Source of the DNA: Gammaproteobacteria bacterium
GTDB taxonomy: Bacteria; Pseudomonadota; Gammaproteobacteria; JABABF01
Length of the DNA stretch: 64,000 bases
Assembly (NCBI GenBank): GCA_965237805.1
Contig: OZ250153.1
Location: 224,001 to 288,000, forward strand
Reading direction: 5' to 3'
In this document: positions 21,420 to 30,989 of the stretch, piece after piece
Layout: each line of letters starts with the position of its first letter
How positions within the stretch are numbered: position 1 is the first letter of the stretch
Notes under the pieces: generated by a model
The model's database searches: none
Told to the model about the DNA's origin: nothing
Seen by the model: the letters and a program-made list of their open reading frames with translations, nothing else
Program-made: the position numbers and the translations under genes

Positions 21420-21477
21420 TTATACACCGAGTTATCCACAGCTTTTGTGTAAAATCCGAGCCCCATCTATGGGGCTC
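21420..21477. promoter_or_regulatory. DnaA box(es) plus a perfect palindromic operator-like site
   Basis: TTATCCACA at 21432-21440, near-matches TTATACACC (21420) and TGTGTAAAA (21446), palindrome GAGCCCCAT-CT-ATGGGGCTC at 21458-21477. Confidence 0.45.
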
Positions 21478-21749
21478 TCTAGACCCCTTGGGTGCAACGC
21501 TCAGCGCGAGGGTCTTGCCAACGAGGTGGTAGCGGTTATACTTTTGCCGACACGGGCTTAAGGGTCGACTCGGCTCCGAGGTGGGTGGTACTCGTAACAC
21601 CGCTCGCCATTGTGCCGTCATTGCGAGTGGTGCCACCCGGCGGACACACAATGCGGTATAATGCCTTGGACATTTGGGTTTGGCTTCATCTTCAGAACAA
21701 TCCGACCCGAATCACAAACCGCAATCAATCGTTATATCAGGAGCCAGCA

Positions 21750-22952
21750 ATGAGCATAAATTGGAGCCATTGGAAAAACATTTGGGGACTACCCGCTCTG
21801 GCGTTGCTGTGCGCCCTGGTCGGTACACCTGTCGCCTCACAAGCTGCAGACATCGATCTCATCGGTCGCCTACAGCTCGATTTTGAGGCTTATTCTGGTG
21901 GTTTTGGTGATGGTGCCGAAAAGACCAATCTCGATTTTTTTGATCGCAGATTAAGACTCGGCGCCGAGGGGGAGATCGATGAGAACTGGTCTTTCCGCTT
22001 TGAGATCGATGTCCGGGACAATGGCTCTGAGGATGTACACGAAGCGTATATCACGTACAACGGCCTTGGCGACTTGCTCGGCTTTGGCAATCTCAGCCTC
22101 AGCTTGGGTAAACGGCAAGCGCCTTTCGGTTTGCAGTCGCAGGTTTCCAGCAATGACACACCGGTACTCGAGCGCAGCCCGTCCGCCAATGCTTTCGACA
22201 GTGCGGAGCTTTATGGTTTGCGTATTGATGGTTACGGCAACAACCACAGCTATGCCATAGGCATCTACGAAGGCCCGATCAGCGGCAGTGGCGATTTCAA
22301 CGCCTCCTTCTTCGCGCGCGGTGTCATCACCCCGATCAACTCGGACAACCGCTTGTTGCACCTCGGCTTATCCTACGCCCATCACGAAGCCATCGGCTTG
22401 GCCAATCCCAAGTCGGGACAAATCTATGCTGCCAGAGCCATCGGCAGCAACCTTCTGAACGCCACTGTCGCGGGCTCCTCGCCAGCGAGCACGATCGATG
22501 AGGCGCAGACGGTCAGCGCGGATCAAATCAGCTTGGAAGTAGCCTTTGTGGCCGACAGCCTCTATCTGCAGGGCGAATACTTCCACAGCAAATACGATGG
22601 TTTGGATGGCTACACCGGGCACGATCGCGACGAGGCAAATGCGCTCTATGTGCAGTTCGGTCTGTTCCTGACTGGAGAGACCCGCTCCTATGACAACAAA
22701 ACCGGCATCTTTGGCAGTGTGACACCCAACGGTAGCAACGGTGCGTTGGAAGGGTACATCCAATACAGCCACTTAGATTTGGGCACAGACTTGAAGCAAG
22801 AATACGAAGTCGATACCGTCAGCGCTGGGCTCAACTGGTATGCCAACGAGCGCGTGCGGATCGGCGCAGCCTTTATCATCGGCATCGGCGACAACAAGCA
22901 GCTGGACTATGTCGGTCGTGGCTTCAAGGCTCGTGCGCAGATCGCCTTCTGA
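21750..22952 (+). CDS. OprO/OprP-family (phosphate-selective) porin
   Basis: AGGAG RBS, signal peptide, GRLQLD, RRLRLG, FLTGETRSY, GLNWYAN, terminal Phe. Confidence 0.85.
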   Translation: MSINWSHWKNIWGLPALALLCALVGTPVASQAADIDLIGRLQLDFEAYSGGFGDGAEKTNLDFFDRRLRLGAEGEIDENWSFRFEIDVRDNGSEDVHEAYITYNGLGDLLGFGNLSLSLGKRQAPFGLQSQVSSNDTPVLERSPSANAFDSAELYGLRIDGYGNNHSYAIGIYEGPISGSGDFNASFFARGVITPINSDNRLLHLGLSYAHHEAIGLANPKSGQIYAARAIGSNLLNATVAGSSPASTIDEAQTVSADQISLEVAFVADSLYLQGEYFHSKYDGLDGYTGHDRDEANALYVQFGLFLTGETRSYDNKTGIFGSVTPNGSNGALEGYIQYSHLDLGTDLKQEYEVDTVSAGLNWYANERVRIGAAFIIGIGDNKQLDYVGRGFKARAQIAF

Positions 22953-23047
22953 TTGTCCAACGACACAGTAGTCTCAACAGGCGAGGCGGGCCGCCGAGGC
23001 AATCACGGCAGCCGCCTCGCGTCTTGAAGCGAGAGCGATATGGCTGA

Positions 23048-23084
23048 GGCCCCCGATGCTCCCCAGCGCATCGGGGGCTTTTTT
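23048..23084 (+). terminator. Rho-independent terminator after the porin gene
   Basis: GCCCCCGATGC...GCATCGGGGGC followed by TTTTTT. Confidence 0.8.
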
Positions 23085-23576
23085 GTGGCTCTCCCCGATG
23101 GGTCGAGTCTGTGGGCATTGGCATTACTGCTGAGTGGTGCGCTGGCAGTTCCCAGCGCGATCGTGGCTCAGTCCTCAGCTGAGCGCCAGTCGCTAGTGAG
23201 CAGCGCTGCGAGCCTGCCGCGCAAGCCCTCCCCCGACGGCGCGGCGGTTTATTTGATCTCGCCTCGAGCTGGCGAAGTGGTGGGGCAGACTTTCACGGCA
23301 GTGTTTGGCCTGCGCGGTATGGGGGTGGCACCGGCAGGCAGTCAGCGCCTCGGCACAGGGCACCATCACTTGCTGCTGAACTATCCGGGCACTCCGCTGC
23401 TGACTCAGCCCCTGCCGAGTGGCAAAACGCTGCGCCACTTTGGTGGCGGACAGACGGAGGTCGTGCTGAACTTGCCGCCCGGACGCCACCAGCTGCGTCT
23501 GCTATTTGCCGACGGCATCCATCTGCCGCACGATCCGCCCCTGCTGTCCGCCCCGGTGCATATCACGGTGCGTTGA
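23085..23576 (+). CDS. DUF4399-type secreted protein
   Basis: FGLRGMGVAPAG, GHHHLL, HFGGGQTE, LPPGRHQL; start uncertain (ATG 23040 lies upstream of the terminator, so a later GTG is used). Confidence 0.8.
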   Translation: MALPDGSSLWALALLLSGALAVPSAIVAQSSAERQSLVSSAASLPRKPSPDGAAVYLISPRAGEVVGQTFTAVFGLRGMGVAPAGSQRLGTGHHHLLLNYPGTPLLTQPLPSGKTLRHFGGGQTEVVLNLPPGRHQLRLLFADGIHLPHDPPLLSAPVHITVR

Positions 23577-23656
23577 GCCCCCCCTACCCCAGCCCCCACC
23601 ATGGCCGCTGCTCGAAAATTGTGGTCGATGCGCGCCGCGATGGACACGAGTGCCAG

Positions 23657-24193
23657 CTAAGCCGAGCCCCCTGCACCGTCATCGCCGCGCGCACTACTCC
23701 GATAGAAGCGCAACAGACGCCGCAGCAATTTGTCTTGCTGGCCACCCATCAGTGCCGCCAGCGGACGCGCCATGAAAGCCAGCCACGGACGGCAACGAAA
23801 ATACAGCGTCAGGCGGACGCGGCAACAGCGATCATCGCCATCGCCAGCAGGCAACAGCTGGTAGCGAAACCACAGCGCAGAGCATAGCGCCAGTGGCGAG
23901 CGGCCATCTTCATGAGCCACGCTGAGCAGAAAATCGCTCTGCTCGCGCCACTCGAGCACGGTCTCCACCAGCCAGCGCTGTTCGCGTTGGTAGACACGCC
24001 GACTCGCTCCGAGCCCGCTGCTCGGCTCGCCGAGGATCTCGGTAGCGACCGAGCCGGGCACATAGTGGTGCGAGAGCGACAGATCACGCATCAAAGCCCA
24101 AGCGCGCGGCAGGGACATCGCCAGCTCCGCTTCGCGCACCACCGCCGTGGCAGCAGACAGATCGACTGCTGTGCCAGGTTGCTCAGCTGCCAT
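23657..24193 (-). CDS. SRPBCC (START-like/polyketide cyclase) family protein
   Basis: AWALMRDLSLSHHYVPG...GLGASRRV...ETVLEW pattern; overlaps the end of the synthase gene. Confidence 0.75.
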   Translation of the reverse strand: MAAEQPGTAVDLSAATAVVREAELAMSLPRAWALMRDLSLSHHYVPGSVATEILGEPSSGLGASRRVYQREQRWLVETVLEWREQSDFLLSVAHEDGRSPLALCSALWFRYQLLPAGDGDDRCCRVRLTLYFRCRPWLAFMARPLAALMGGQQDKLLRRLLRFYRSSARGDDGAGGSA

Positions 24194-26099
24194 CACTTGC
24201 TCCTGTGATGGTCTGCGCAGAGCCGCCGTCAGCGCACTCATCCAAATAGGGGTTGGGCACAGTGAGACAGAGCGGCTGCTCCCATCCCGGCACGCGCAAC
24301 TCCCCATCTCTGAGCTGCAGCTCGGCACCCGCCAGCACACCCTCGCCATAGCGATAGCTGGGACGCAGCTCAGCGCGACTGCTGGCCGCATCGTAGTCCG
24401 CCGCCCGCACCGCCACCGCTTCGCGCCGCCGCCGCCATGCCGCCAGCGCCCGCCGACCGTGGCGCGCAGCGAGTAAATCCTCGGTGCGCTGTGGCGACAG
24501 CAGCACTGCACTGGCGTTGTTACCGCCGAAGCCCTTGGCATTGATCAGAGCCACCGAAGCCTGTTCCGGTGCCAGCTCGGTGTGCTCGGTCGCCAGCTGC
24601 AGCTGCTTGTGGCTGACATCTTCGGCCAGCGCGGAGATCGTCGAGATGCCGGGCAGCAGCCCCTCACTCCACACGCCGAGCGCGGCCATCAGCTGATCTC
24701 CGCCAGCGGCACCGATGGAATGGCCGAGATAGCATTTGACCGCCGCCACAGGCCAGTCCTTGATCCCGAAGTGCTGCGCCGCCCAGTCCAAGACCTGCGA
24801 CTCGGTCACGCGGTTCTGTGGTGTGCCAGTGCCGTGCGCCATCACGAATGAGCCGTGCCGCAGCGCCCGCTCGCCGACCACGGCCCGCGCCAGCCCCAAG
24901 GCTCGCGCCATGCTGAGATAATTGCCCGCGCCGGGTGCGGAGATGGATTGCTTGGGGCCATCGGCATTGACGCAGACACCGGCCACTGCGCCGTGCGCTA
25001 CCGCCCCGGTCTGCAAGGCCAACTCGCTGTCGAAGAGGATCAAGAACTGCGCCGACTCGGCGATGGTAAAACCACAGTTGTCACCGAATGGACGACAGGC
25101 GCGCACATAATCGGGAGCCTGATCGGCGGGGATCCCGTCCAAGGCGCGCAGCTGGTCGTCGGTGCCCAAGGCACCCATCGCCGCGTAGCCAGCGATCACC
25201 TCTGGCACCACTGGCGCTTCGCTACAACCGACGATCGCGACACGTGCTTGGCCGGATTGGATGTCCGACACCGCGCAGCGCAGGTTGTAGAGGAACGAGG
25301 CGCAAGCGCCGAGCATCGCACCGCTCTGGCCCATGCTGCCGAGCAAATAGGCATTGATAAAATCGGCGGGCATCTCGCCAAAGCTGAAAGGACATTGGCG
25401 TGCGGAATGGCGCTGGCCGTGCAGATTGGCTCTCAGCATGCCGCCGCAACCCTCATCGTCCAGCTGACCCATGCCGCTGCCAGCGTAGACCGAGACGGCA
25501 TCGGGCGGCACCATGCGGCGCAACAGCTCCCAGTCCAAGCCGAGGAAGCCAAGGGCATCCGAAGCGCCGTAGATGGTCATCTGCAGACCTCGGGGATGAC
25601 CCCGCGACGGGTAGAGTGCAGCCGGGTCGAAGCCCGATGGAAGTTGCCCGGCGGCCTGCACTGCGCCCGCTTGAGTGCCCGGCAACAGACAACCGGTCGC
25701 ACTGTCGATACGCACGCTGGAATGGCTGTCATCGCCGTGCTCGACGAGCTGCCAGTGGGGTGGCAAGGGCGTGGGCAGCCGCGCTGTGGGCAGGCGGAAC
25801 AGGTTGCCAGCCGCCGACTCCAGCGGGCGTTGCAGCGGCAGCGCCATCGGGTCATAGCGCTCAATACGCCGTACCAAGCTGTGCGCCGCCAGCCATCGAT
25901 GCTGCTCCGGAGTGTCGGCCTCGCGCCCACACAGCGCCCCCAAGCTGCGCCAAGTTGCAGCTGCCGACGCGGCGGACAGGGCATCGATCACCAAGCGGCG
26001 GTAGCCGTGATGAGCAGAACTGCGTCCGGCGGGACTGATCCCGCCAAAACTGACAACCACCGGCAAATTCAACACGGCAACGCCACTTCGTTCTCGCAA
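24183..26099 (-). CDS. fabY: Beta-ketoacyl synthase, FabY type
   Basis: LPVVVSFGGISPAGRSS.HH.YRR, HPRGLQ, GACASFLYNL catalytic Cys, HGTGT, GHS, KGFGGNN; start may be ~20 nt downstream. Confidence 0.85.
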   Translation of the reverse strand: MRERSGVAVLNLPVVVSFGGISPAGRSSAHHGYRRLVIDALSAASAAATWRSLGALCGREADTPEQHRWLAAHSLVRRIERYDPMALPLQRPLESAAGNLFRLPTARLPTPLPPHWQLVEHGDDSHSSVRIDSATGCLLPGTQAGAVQAAGQLPSGFDPAALYPSRGHPRGLQMTIYGASDALGFLGLDWELLRRMVPPDAVSVYAGSGMGQLDDEGCGGMLRANLHGQRHSARQCPFSFGEMPADFINAYLLGSMGQSGAMLGACASFLYNLRCAVSDIQSGQARVAIVGCSEAPVVPEVIAGYAAMGALGTDDQLRALDGIPADQAPDYVRACRPFGDNCGFTIAESAQFLILFDSELALQTGAVAHGAVAGVCVNADGPKQSISAPGAGNYLSMARALGLARAVVGERALRHGSFVMAHGTGTPQNRVTESQVLDWAAQHFGIKDWPVAAVKCYLGHSIGAAGGDQLMAALGVWSEGLLPGISTISALAEDVSHKQLQLATEHTELAPEQASVALINAKGFGGNNASAVLLSPQRTEDLLAARHGRRALAAWRRRREAVAVRAADYDAASSRAELRPSYRYGEGVLAGAELQLRDGELRVPGWEQPLCLTVPNPYLDECADGGSAQTITGASDGS

Positions 26100-26192
26100 T
26101 CCTGTGCCATGGCAGAGATTCTAAGCGACACCCACAGCAATCAGCGCTATTTTTTCATCATATACAGACAAAACATTATATAATCACGACAT

Positions 26193-27236
26193 ATGCAAAT
26201 AGCCTTTCTGCTACTCGAGCGCATGCTATGCTCTGGCTGCTGGCTGCCGGCGGAGATCTTCAACGCCGCCGCGCAGCACCACCGCTCGCGACCGGGGCAT
26301 CGCCGCGAGCTGGCGCCGCAGCTGCTATTCGCATCCGTGGACGGCGAGGCCGTCAATACGGCCAGCGGGATGCCGCTGGCGGCGAACTGCAAGTTCTCAG
26401 AACTACGCCAACCAGACATTTTGCTATTGCCAGCGCTATGGCGCGACCCGATACCGGTGCTGCGCAACCATGCTGAGATCATCGCCGCAACACTACAGCG
26501 CATCGGCAATGGGCCGACACTGCTGATCGCTGTCGGTGCCGGTAGTTTTTTGCTGGCCGAGTCCGGCCTGTTGGACGGTCTGCCAGCCACCACCCACTGG
26601 CACCACTTCGACGCTTTCGAGAAGCGCTATCCGAAGGTGCAGCTGCGGCGGCGCTATCTGCTGACCCAAGCCCGGCAGATGTACTGCGCTGGCAGCATCA
26701 ACGCGGTGGCCGATCTCAGCGTCCACTTGGCAAAGCAGCACTACGGCCAGCGCAGCGGCCAGTTTGCCGAGCGCCATTTTTCACCGGAGAGCAGACGCTC
26801 CTTCGATAGCCAGGCCTATCTCTACGAGAGCCATGACAGTCACCATGACGAGGATATTGCCCAAGTCCAAGATTGGCTGGGTCGCGACCCGGGCCGCCAC
26901 TGGCAGATGGCGCAATTGGCGCAAGGCACCGGGCTGGGAGTGCGGCAATTCCAGCGCCGTTTCCAGCAAGCCACCGGCACCACGCCGCACCGTTATCTGT
27001 GGCACCAGCGCCTTGAGTTGAGTTGCGAGTTGCTGCGCGAGAGCAACTATTCGATGCGCGAGATCGCCAGCCGTTGTGGCTGCGCCAGTGCGGCTCATTT
27101 CAACCGCCGCTTCCGGCTCGCCAAGGGCTTGCCGCCAGCGAGCTACCGCCGCCTCATGCGCGGCAAATTATTCTCTGCCAAGCCCGCTGCATCATCCCAA
27201 AGCCAAGCGCCGCGCCGCGCGCGGGCGATGGGCTAG
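26193..27236 (+). CDS. GlxA/AraC-family transcriptional regulator (DJ-1 + HTH)
   Basis: LAESGLLDG..ATTHW; C-terminal AraC HTH (RQFQRRF...P..YRR). Confidence 0.9.
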   Translation: MQIAFLLLERMLCSGCWLPAEIFNAAAQHHRSRPGHRRELAPQLLFASVDGEAVNTASGMPLAANCKFSELRQPDILLLPALWRDPIPVLRNHAEIIAATLQRIGNGPTLLIAVGAGSFLLAESGLLDGLPATTHWHHFDAFEKRYPKVQLRRRYLLTQARQMYCAGSINAVADLSVHLAKQHYGQRSGQFAERHFSPESRRSFDSQAYLYESHDSHHDEDIAQVQDWLGRDPGRHWQMAQLAQGTGLGVRQFQRRFQQATGTTPHRYLWHQRLELSCELLRESNYSMREIASRCGCASAAHFNRRFRLAKGLPPASYRRLMRGKLFSAKPAASSQSQAPRRARAMG

Positions 27237-27250
27237 CGCCACAGCGCCCG

Positions 27251-27685
27251 TTAGATGCCCAGCTGCTGCCAGAGGGCGCGCAGCACCATCACCAACAGGA
27301 CCAAGCAGGACAGCGCATGTAAGGAGAAACGGTGCATGACATTGTTGTAGCTACAGTGCACTGCGCTGTGCGCATAGCGGGCGACGACAAATAGCCAAGC
27401 CAAGCCGACATAGAGACCATCGACCGTCTGCCCCAAATAGAGCATAAAAACCAGCGCGTAGAACAGCACCGGCACTTCCGTCAGATTGAGAAAATTGTCG
27501 CTGACGGCCTGCGTGCGGGTGTCGAGCAAGGGGTCGACCGCCGATCTGACATTCAATTTCGTGCCAGCTGGCGGCGGGTTTTTGCTGATATAGCTGACCC
27601 TCTGTGCCGTCATCATCACATAGACCACCATGCTCAGCACCAGCAAAGCCAGTACCGGTTCCAATATCGCCATCTGTTCCATCAT
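27251..27685 (-). CDS. MAPEG family membrane protein
   Basis: NFLNLTEVPVLFY, AWLFVVARYAHS.VH..YN.V.HRF. Confidence 0.85.
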   Translation of the reverse strand: MMEQMAILEPVLALLVLSMVVYVMMTAQRVSYISKNPPPAGTKLNVRSAVDPLLDTRTQAVSDNFLNLTEVPVLFYALVFMLYLGQTVDGLYVGLAWLFVVARYAHSAVHCSYNNVMHRFSLHALSCLVLLVMVLRALWQQLGI

Positions 27686-27830
27686 TCACTCTCATTTTCG
27701 CTCTGTTTGAGCCAATGGCACCATCCTAGCACAAGCGCCCGACAAGGTCGTCGACCCCCGGCTCACTCCAAGCCTGAGCATCGTCTGACGAGGCGCCAAA
27801 ATCAGCCCGAGCTGCAGCGCCATCGTTGCG

Positions 27831-28260
27831 ATGAGCGGGGCTCCACCTACCGAGACCATGTTGCGCCCCTGCCCGAGCTGCGAGGCCAGCTATGGCCTCG
27901 CAGTCGAAGTCGAGCGCGCCCGCAACGAGGTGCTGGCCAGCCACGGTGATGAGGAGAATCACCGTAGCCGCGGCTATGTCTGCGCCAAATCCCAAGTCTT
28001 GCACCATCTGCAGCGCGCTCGGGAACGCCTGCGCCGACGCGGCAAAAAATGGGAGGAGATTGGCTGGCAAGAAGCCTTTCAGTGGTCGGGCAACGGCGTG
28101 CCGAACTGCGCCAGCAGCACGGCAAGGACAATATCGCGCTCTATGTCGGCAACCCCACCGGGCACGAGGTCGGCGTGCAGCTGTACATGCAAGCGCTCAT
28201 CGGCATGCTCGACACCGAGCAATTTGGAGCTGTCGTCCAACAGCAGTGTGTTGAACGGCG
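27831..28260 (+). pseudogene. Remnant of a molybdopterin oxidoreductase (N-terminal Fe4S4 region)
   Basis: CPSCEASYGL...SRGYVCAK...WEEIGWQEAF, then a frameshift to HGKDNIALYVGNP; truncated, and one Cys ligand appears replaced by Tyr. Confidence 0.7.
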
Positions 28261-28321
28261 CGCGTATCACGGTCACAGCGGCCAGCGGCGCCCGGCCCCG
28301 CCACTTGGGCTTGGGCCCCGC

Positions 28322-28951
28322 TTAGAACAGGCCGAAAAACCAGCGCCGGCGCAATGTGCGACATCCTTGTAGCTGCTGCTGATAGCGGTCGGCGCGCTGT
28401 TGTAGCTTGGTCGAGGTGAGGCGCAACCAGCGCTTGACTTTGCTTTTCCAATGGCCGCGCTCATAGCCTCCCCAACCCTCGTGGTAGGCCAAGTAGAGAC
28501 GGGTGGCATCATTTGGCTGGAGCTTGAGGCGGCGCACACTCTGGTTGTGGTACCAGCCGATGAAATCCACCGAGTCGACGAAGGAACTGCGCGAATTGAG
28601 CAGCCGTGCGTTGCCGCTGTCACGATACATCTGCCAGGTGCCGCTCAGCGCCTGCGAATAACCTAAGGAATCCGACAGGCGGCGACCGGGGAAAATCCAA
28701 AGGATGCGCTTGCCGCGCGGCGGACGCGCCCGCGCCTTGAAAGCCGACTCTTGGTACATGGTGGCCATCAGCACTTCGACGGGGATGCCCCAGCGCCGGG
28801 CACTGCGCTTGGCCACCTTATACCAATGGCGCTTCTCAGTGAAGATGGCACATAAATCGTTGGGATTGGTGGGCGGCGACGGCGTGGCGCAAGCGGTGAT
28901 GCCAGTAGCCAAGCACAACAGTAGCACCAGCGCGCGCAGCTCAGCGGGCAT
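28322..28951 (-). CDS. Transglycosylase SLT-like lipoprotein
   Basis: Lipobox ITAC, MYQESAF..ARPPR, GYSQAL..TW, YLAYHEG. Confidence 0.8.
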   Translation of the reverse strand: MPAELRALVLLLCLATGITACATPSPPTNPNDLCAIFTEKRHWYKVAKRSARRWGIPVEVLMATMYQESAFKARARPPRGKRILWIFPGRRLSDSLGYSQALSGTWQMYRDSGNARLLNSRSSFVDSVDFIGWYHNQSVRRLKLQPNDATRLYLAYHEGWGGYERGHWKSKVKRWLRLTSTKLQQRADRYQQQLQGCRTLRRRWFFGLF

Positions 28952-30989
28952 CGTCGGCAGACTCCAGCAGGGCGAGAAAGCGGGCTTCATCGATCGTCTC
29001 GCAACCCAGCTCCCGCGCCGCATGCAGTTTGGAGCGGGCACCGGGGCCGGCGACAAGCCGCGTGGTCTGAGCGGACAGGGTAGTGCTCACCCGCGCCCCC
29101 AGTGCCTGCGCGCGTCGTTTGGCCTCGGCGCGCGACATCTTCTCCAGCCGGCCACTGAAGACCAGCACTTGCCCGGCCAGCGCCCCGGCCAGCACATCAT
29201 CGGCGGGTGGCGGCAGCAGCGTCAGCTCGGCCAGCAGCTGGTGCAGGGCTGTCTGCTGCGCTGGAGCGGCAAAAAAATCGACGACGGCACCAGCCACTGC
29301 CGGGCCGATAGCGGGCAGCATGCACAGATGCTCGGTATCGGCTGCTGCCAAAGCCTCTGGCGAGGGAAAGTGGCGCACCAGAGTCAGCGCTGTGCCGGAG
29401 CCCACGCCAGCAATGCCCAGCGCATACAAAAATCGATCCAAAGGGCGCTGACGGCTCTCTTCTATGGCTCCCAGCAGCCGCAGAACCGACTGCTGGCCGA
29501 GGCCCGGCAGCGCTGCCAGCTGAGCGCTGTGAGGCGCTAAGCGATAGAGCTGTGCCGCCGTCCGCAGGGGCAGGGCCGACGCTTCGTCAAGACGGGTACG
29601 CATGAGCCATGCGATCAACTCCGGCCCCAGGCCGCGGATATCCATCGCCGGACGCGAGACGAAGTGCAACAGGCTGCGATGCAGCTGTGCAGGGCAGACC
29701 AGCCCCGCCGGACAGCGGCACTCGGGGCTTGGGGCCTCGCTCTGCAAGGGCGTATCGCATTCCGGGCAGCGCTCCGGCAAGCGCACTGGCAATGCACCAG
29801 CGGCGCGCCGCTCGGGGTGCACCGCCACCACTTTGGGAATCACATCGCCAGAGCGACGCAGCGTGACGGTATCGCCGTGGTGCAGATCTAAACGCCGCAG
29901 CTCGGCGGCGTTGTGCAACGTGGCGCGGCGCACTGTGACCCCGGCGATCGACACCGGGCTCAGCTGTGCCACTGGGGTCAGCACCCCGCTCCTAGAGACC
30001 TGAAAGTGCACTTCAAGCAGCTGGCTCAGCTGTTCTTGCCCCTCAAACTTCCGTGCGATGGCCCAGCACGGTGCCCGCCCCGTCGCCTTCACTTGTCGCT
30101 GCTGCTGCAAGCGGTTCAACTTGAGCACCACGCCATCCACCTCCCAAGACAGCTGTTCTCGCTGCGCTTCCAGCTCGGTGCTGTAGGCGATGCAGGCCTC
30201 GATGTCGGCGCATTGCCGTCCCAGTGGCACAGCGGGCAAGCCCAAGGTGCGCAGCCACTCGATCAACTCGCTCTGTCGCGTGGGCGCGGCACCGTCTGAA
30301 ACCGCACCGATGCCGTGGCAGAACAGCCGTAGCCCGCGCTCGGCGCTGCGCGCCGGATCCAGCTGGCGCAGACTACCGGCAGCGGCGTTGCGCGGATTGG
30401 CGAAGGGCTGGCGTCCCGCCTCCAACAAGCGCCGGTTCAAGGCTGCGAAGTCCGCGCTGGCGATGCACAGCTCGGCGCGCAGCTCCAGCAGTGGCGGCAC
30501 ATCGCCGCGCAGCCGCAACGGCAGGGCACGCAGTGTGCGCAGATTGGCGCTGACATCCTCGCCGATGCGGCCATCACCCCGCGTCAGGCCGCGCTCAAAT
30601 ACAGCATCGCGGTAGCACAGGCTGACAGCGACGCCGTCCAATTTGGGCTCGCACCAATAGTCCAGTGCAGCCACTTTCAAGCGCTTTTGCAGGCGCTTGT
30701 CAAAGGCGTGCAGCGCTTTGTCATCGAAGGCATTGTCCAAGGAGAGCATCGGCTGCAAATGCGGGTGGCGAATAAAACCCTCGCGCGGCGCACCGCCGAC
30801 GCGTTGGGTTGGCGACTGGGCATCAACGAGCTGTGGGTGCTCGCTCTCGAGCTCGCGCAGGCGGGCGAGCAGGCGATCGTATTCGCTATCCGGCAGGCGC
30901 GGGGCATCGAAGACATAGTAATCGCGGTCGCAGTCTTCGATGGCGGTGCGCAAGCGCTCTGCCTCAGCGCGTAAAGTGTCCTCCGTCAT
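28941..30989 (-). CDS. ligA: NAD-dependent DNA ligase
   Basis: EPKLDG adenylation motif, NPRNAAAGSLRQ, Zn finger, BRCT; start MTEDTL overlaps the smc stop (TGATG). Confidence 0.97.
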   Translation of the reverse strand: MTEDTLRAEAERLRTAIEDCDRDYYVFDAPRLPDSEYDRLLARLRELESEHPQLVDAQSPTQRVGGAPREGFIRHPHLQPMLSLDNAFDDKALHAFDKRLQKRLKVAALDYWCEPKLDGVAVSLCYRDAVFERGLTRGDGRIGEDVSANLRTLRALPLRLRGDVPPLLELRAELCIASADFAALNRRLLEAGRQPFANPRNAAAGSLRQLDPARSAERGLRLFCHGIGAVSDGAAPTRQSELIEWLRTLGLPAVPLGRQCADIEACIAYSTELEAQREQLSWEVDGVVLKLNRLQQQRQVKATGRAPCWAIARKFEGQEQLSQLLEVHFQVSRSGVLTPVAQLSPVSIAGVTVRRATLHNAAELRRLDLHHGDTVTLRRSGDVIPKVVAVHPERRAAGALPVRLPERCPECDTPLQSEAPSPECRCPAGLVCPAQLHRSLLHFVSRPAMDIRGLGPELIAWLMRTRLDEASALPLRTAAQLYRLAPHSAQLAALPGLGQQSVLRLLGAIEESRQRPLDRFLYALGIAGVGSGTALTLVRHFPSPEALAAADTEHLCMLPAIGPAVAGAVVDFFAAPAQQTALHQLLAELTLLPPPADDVLAGALAGQVLVFSGRLEKMSRAEAKRRAQALGARVSTTLSAQTTRLVAGPGARSKLHAARELGCETIDEARFLALLESADDAR

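Noticed and set aside
21270-21480. Chromosomal replication origin
   Set aside because: Only one perfect DnaA box, no origin-linked genes and no switch in gene orientation bias; kept only as a low-confidence regulatory finding.
21492-21749. N-terminal extension of the porin ORF
   Set aside because: The RBS and signal peptide place the start at 21750.
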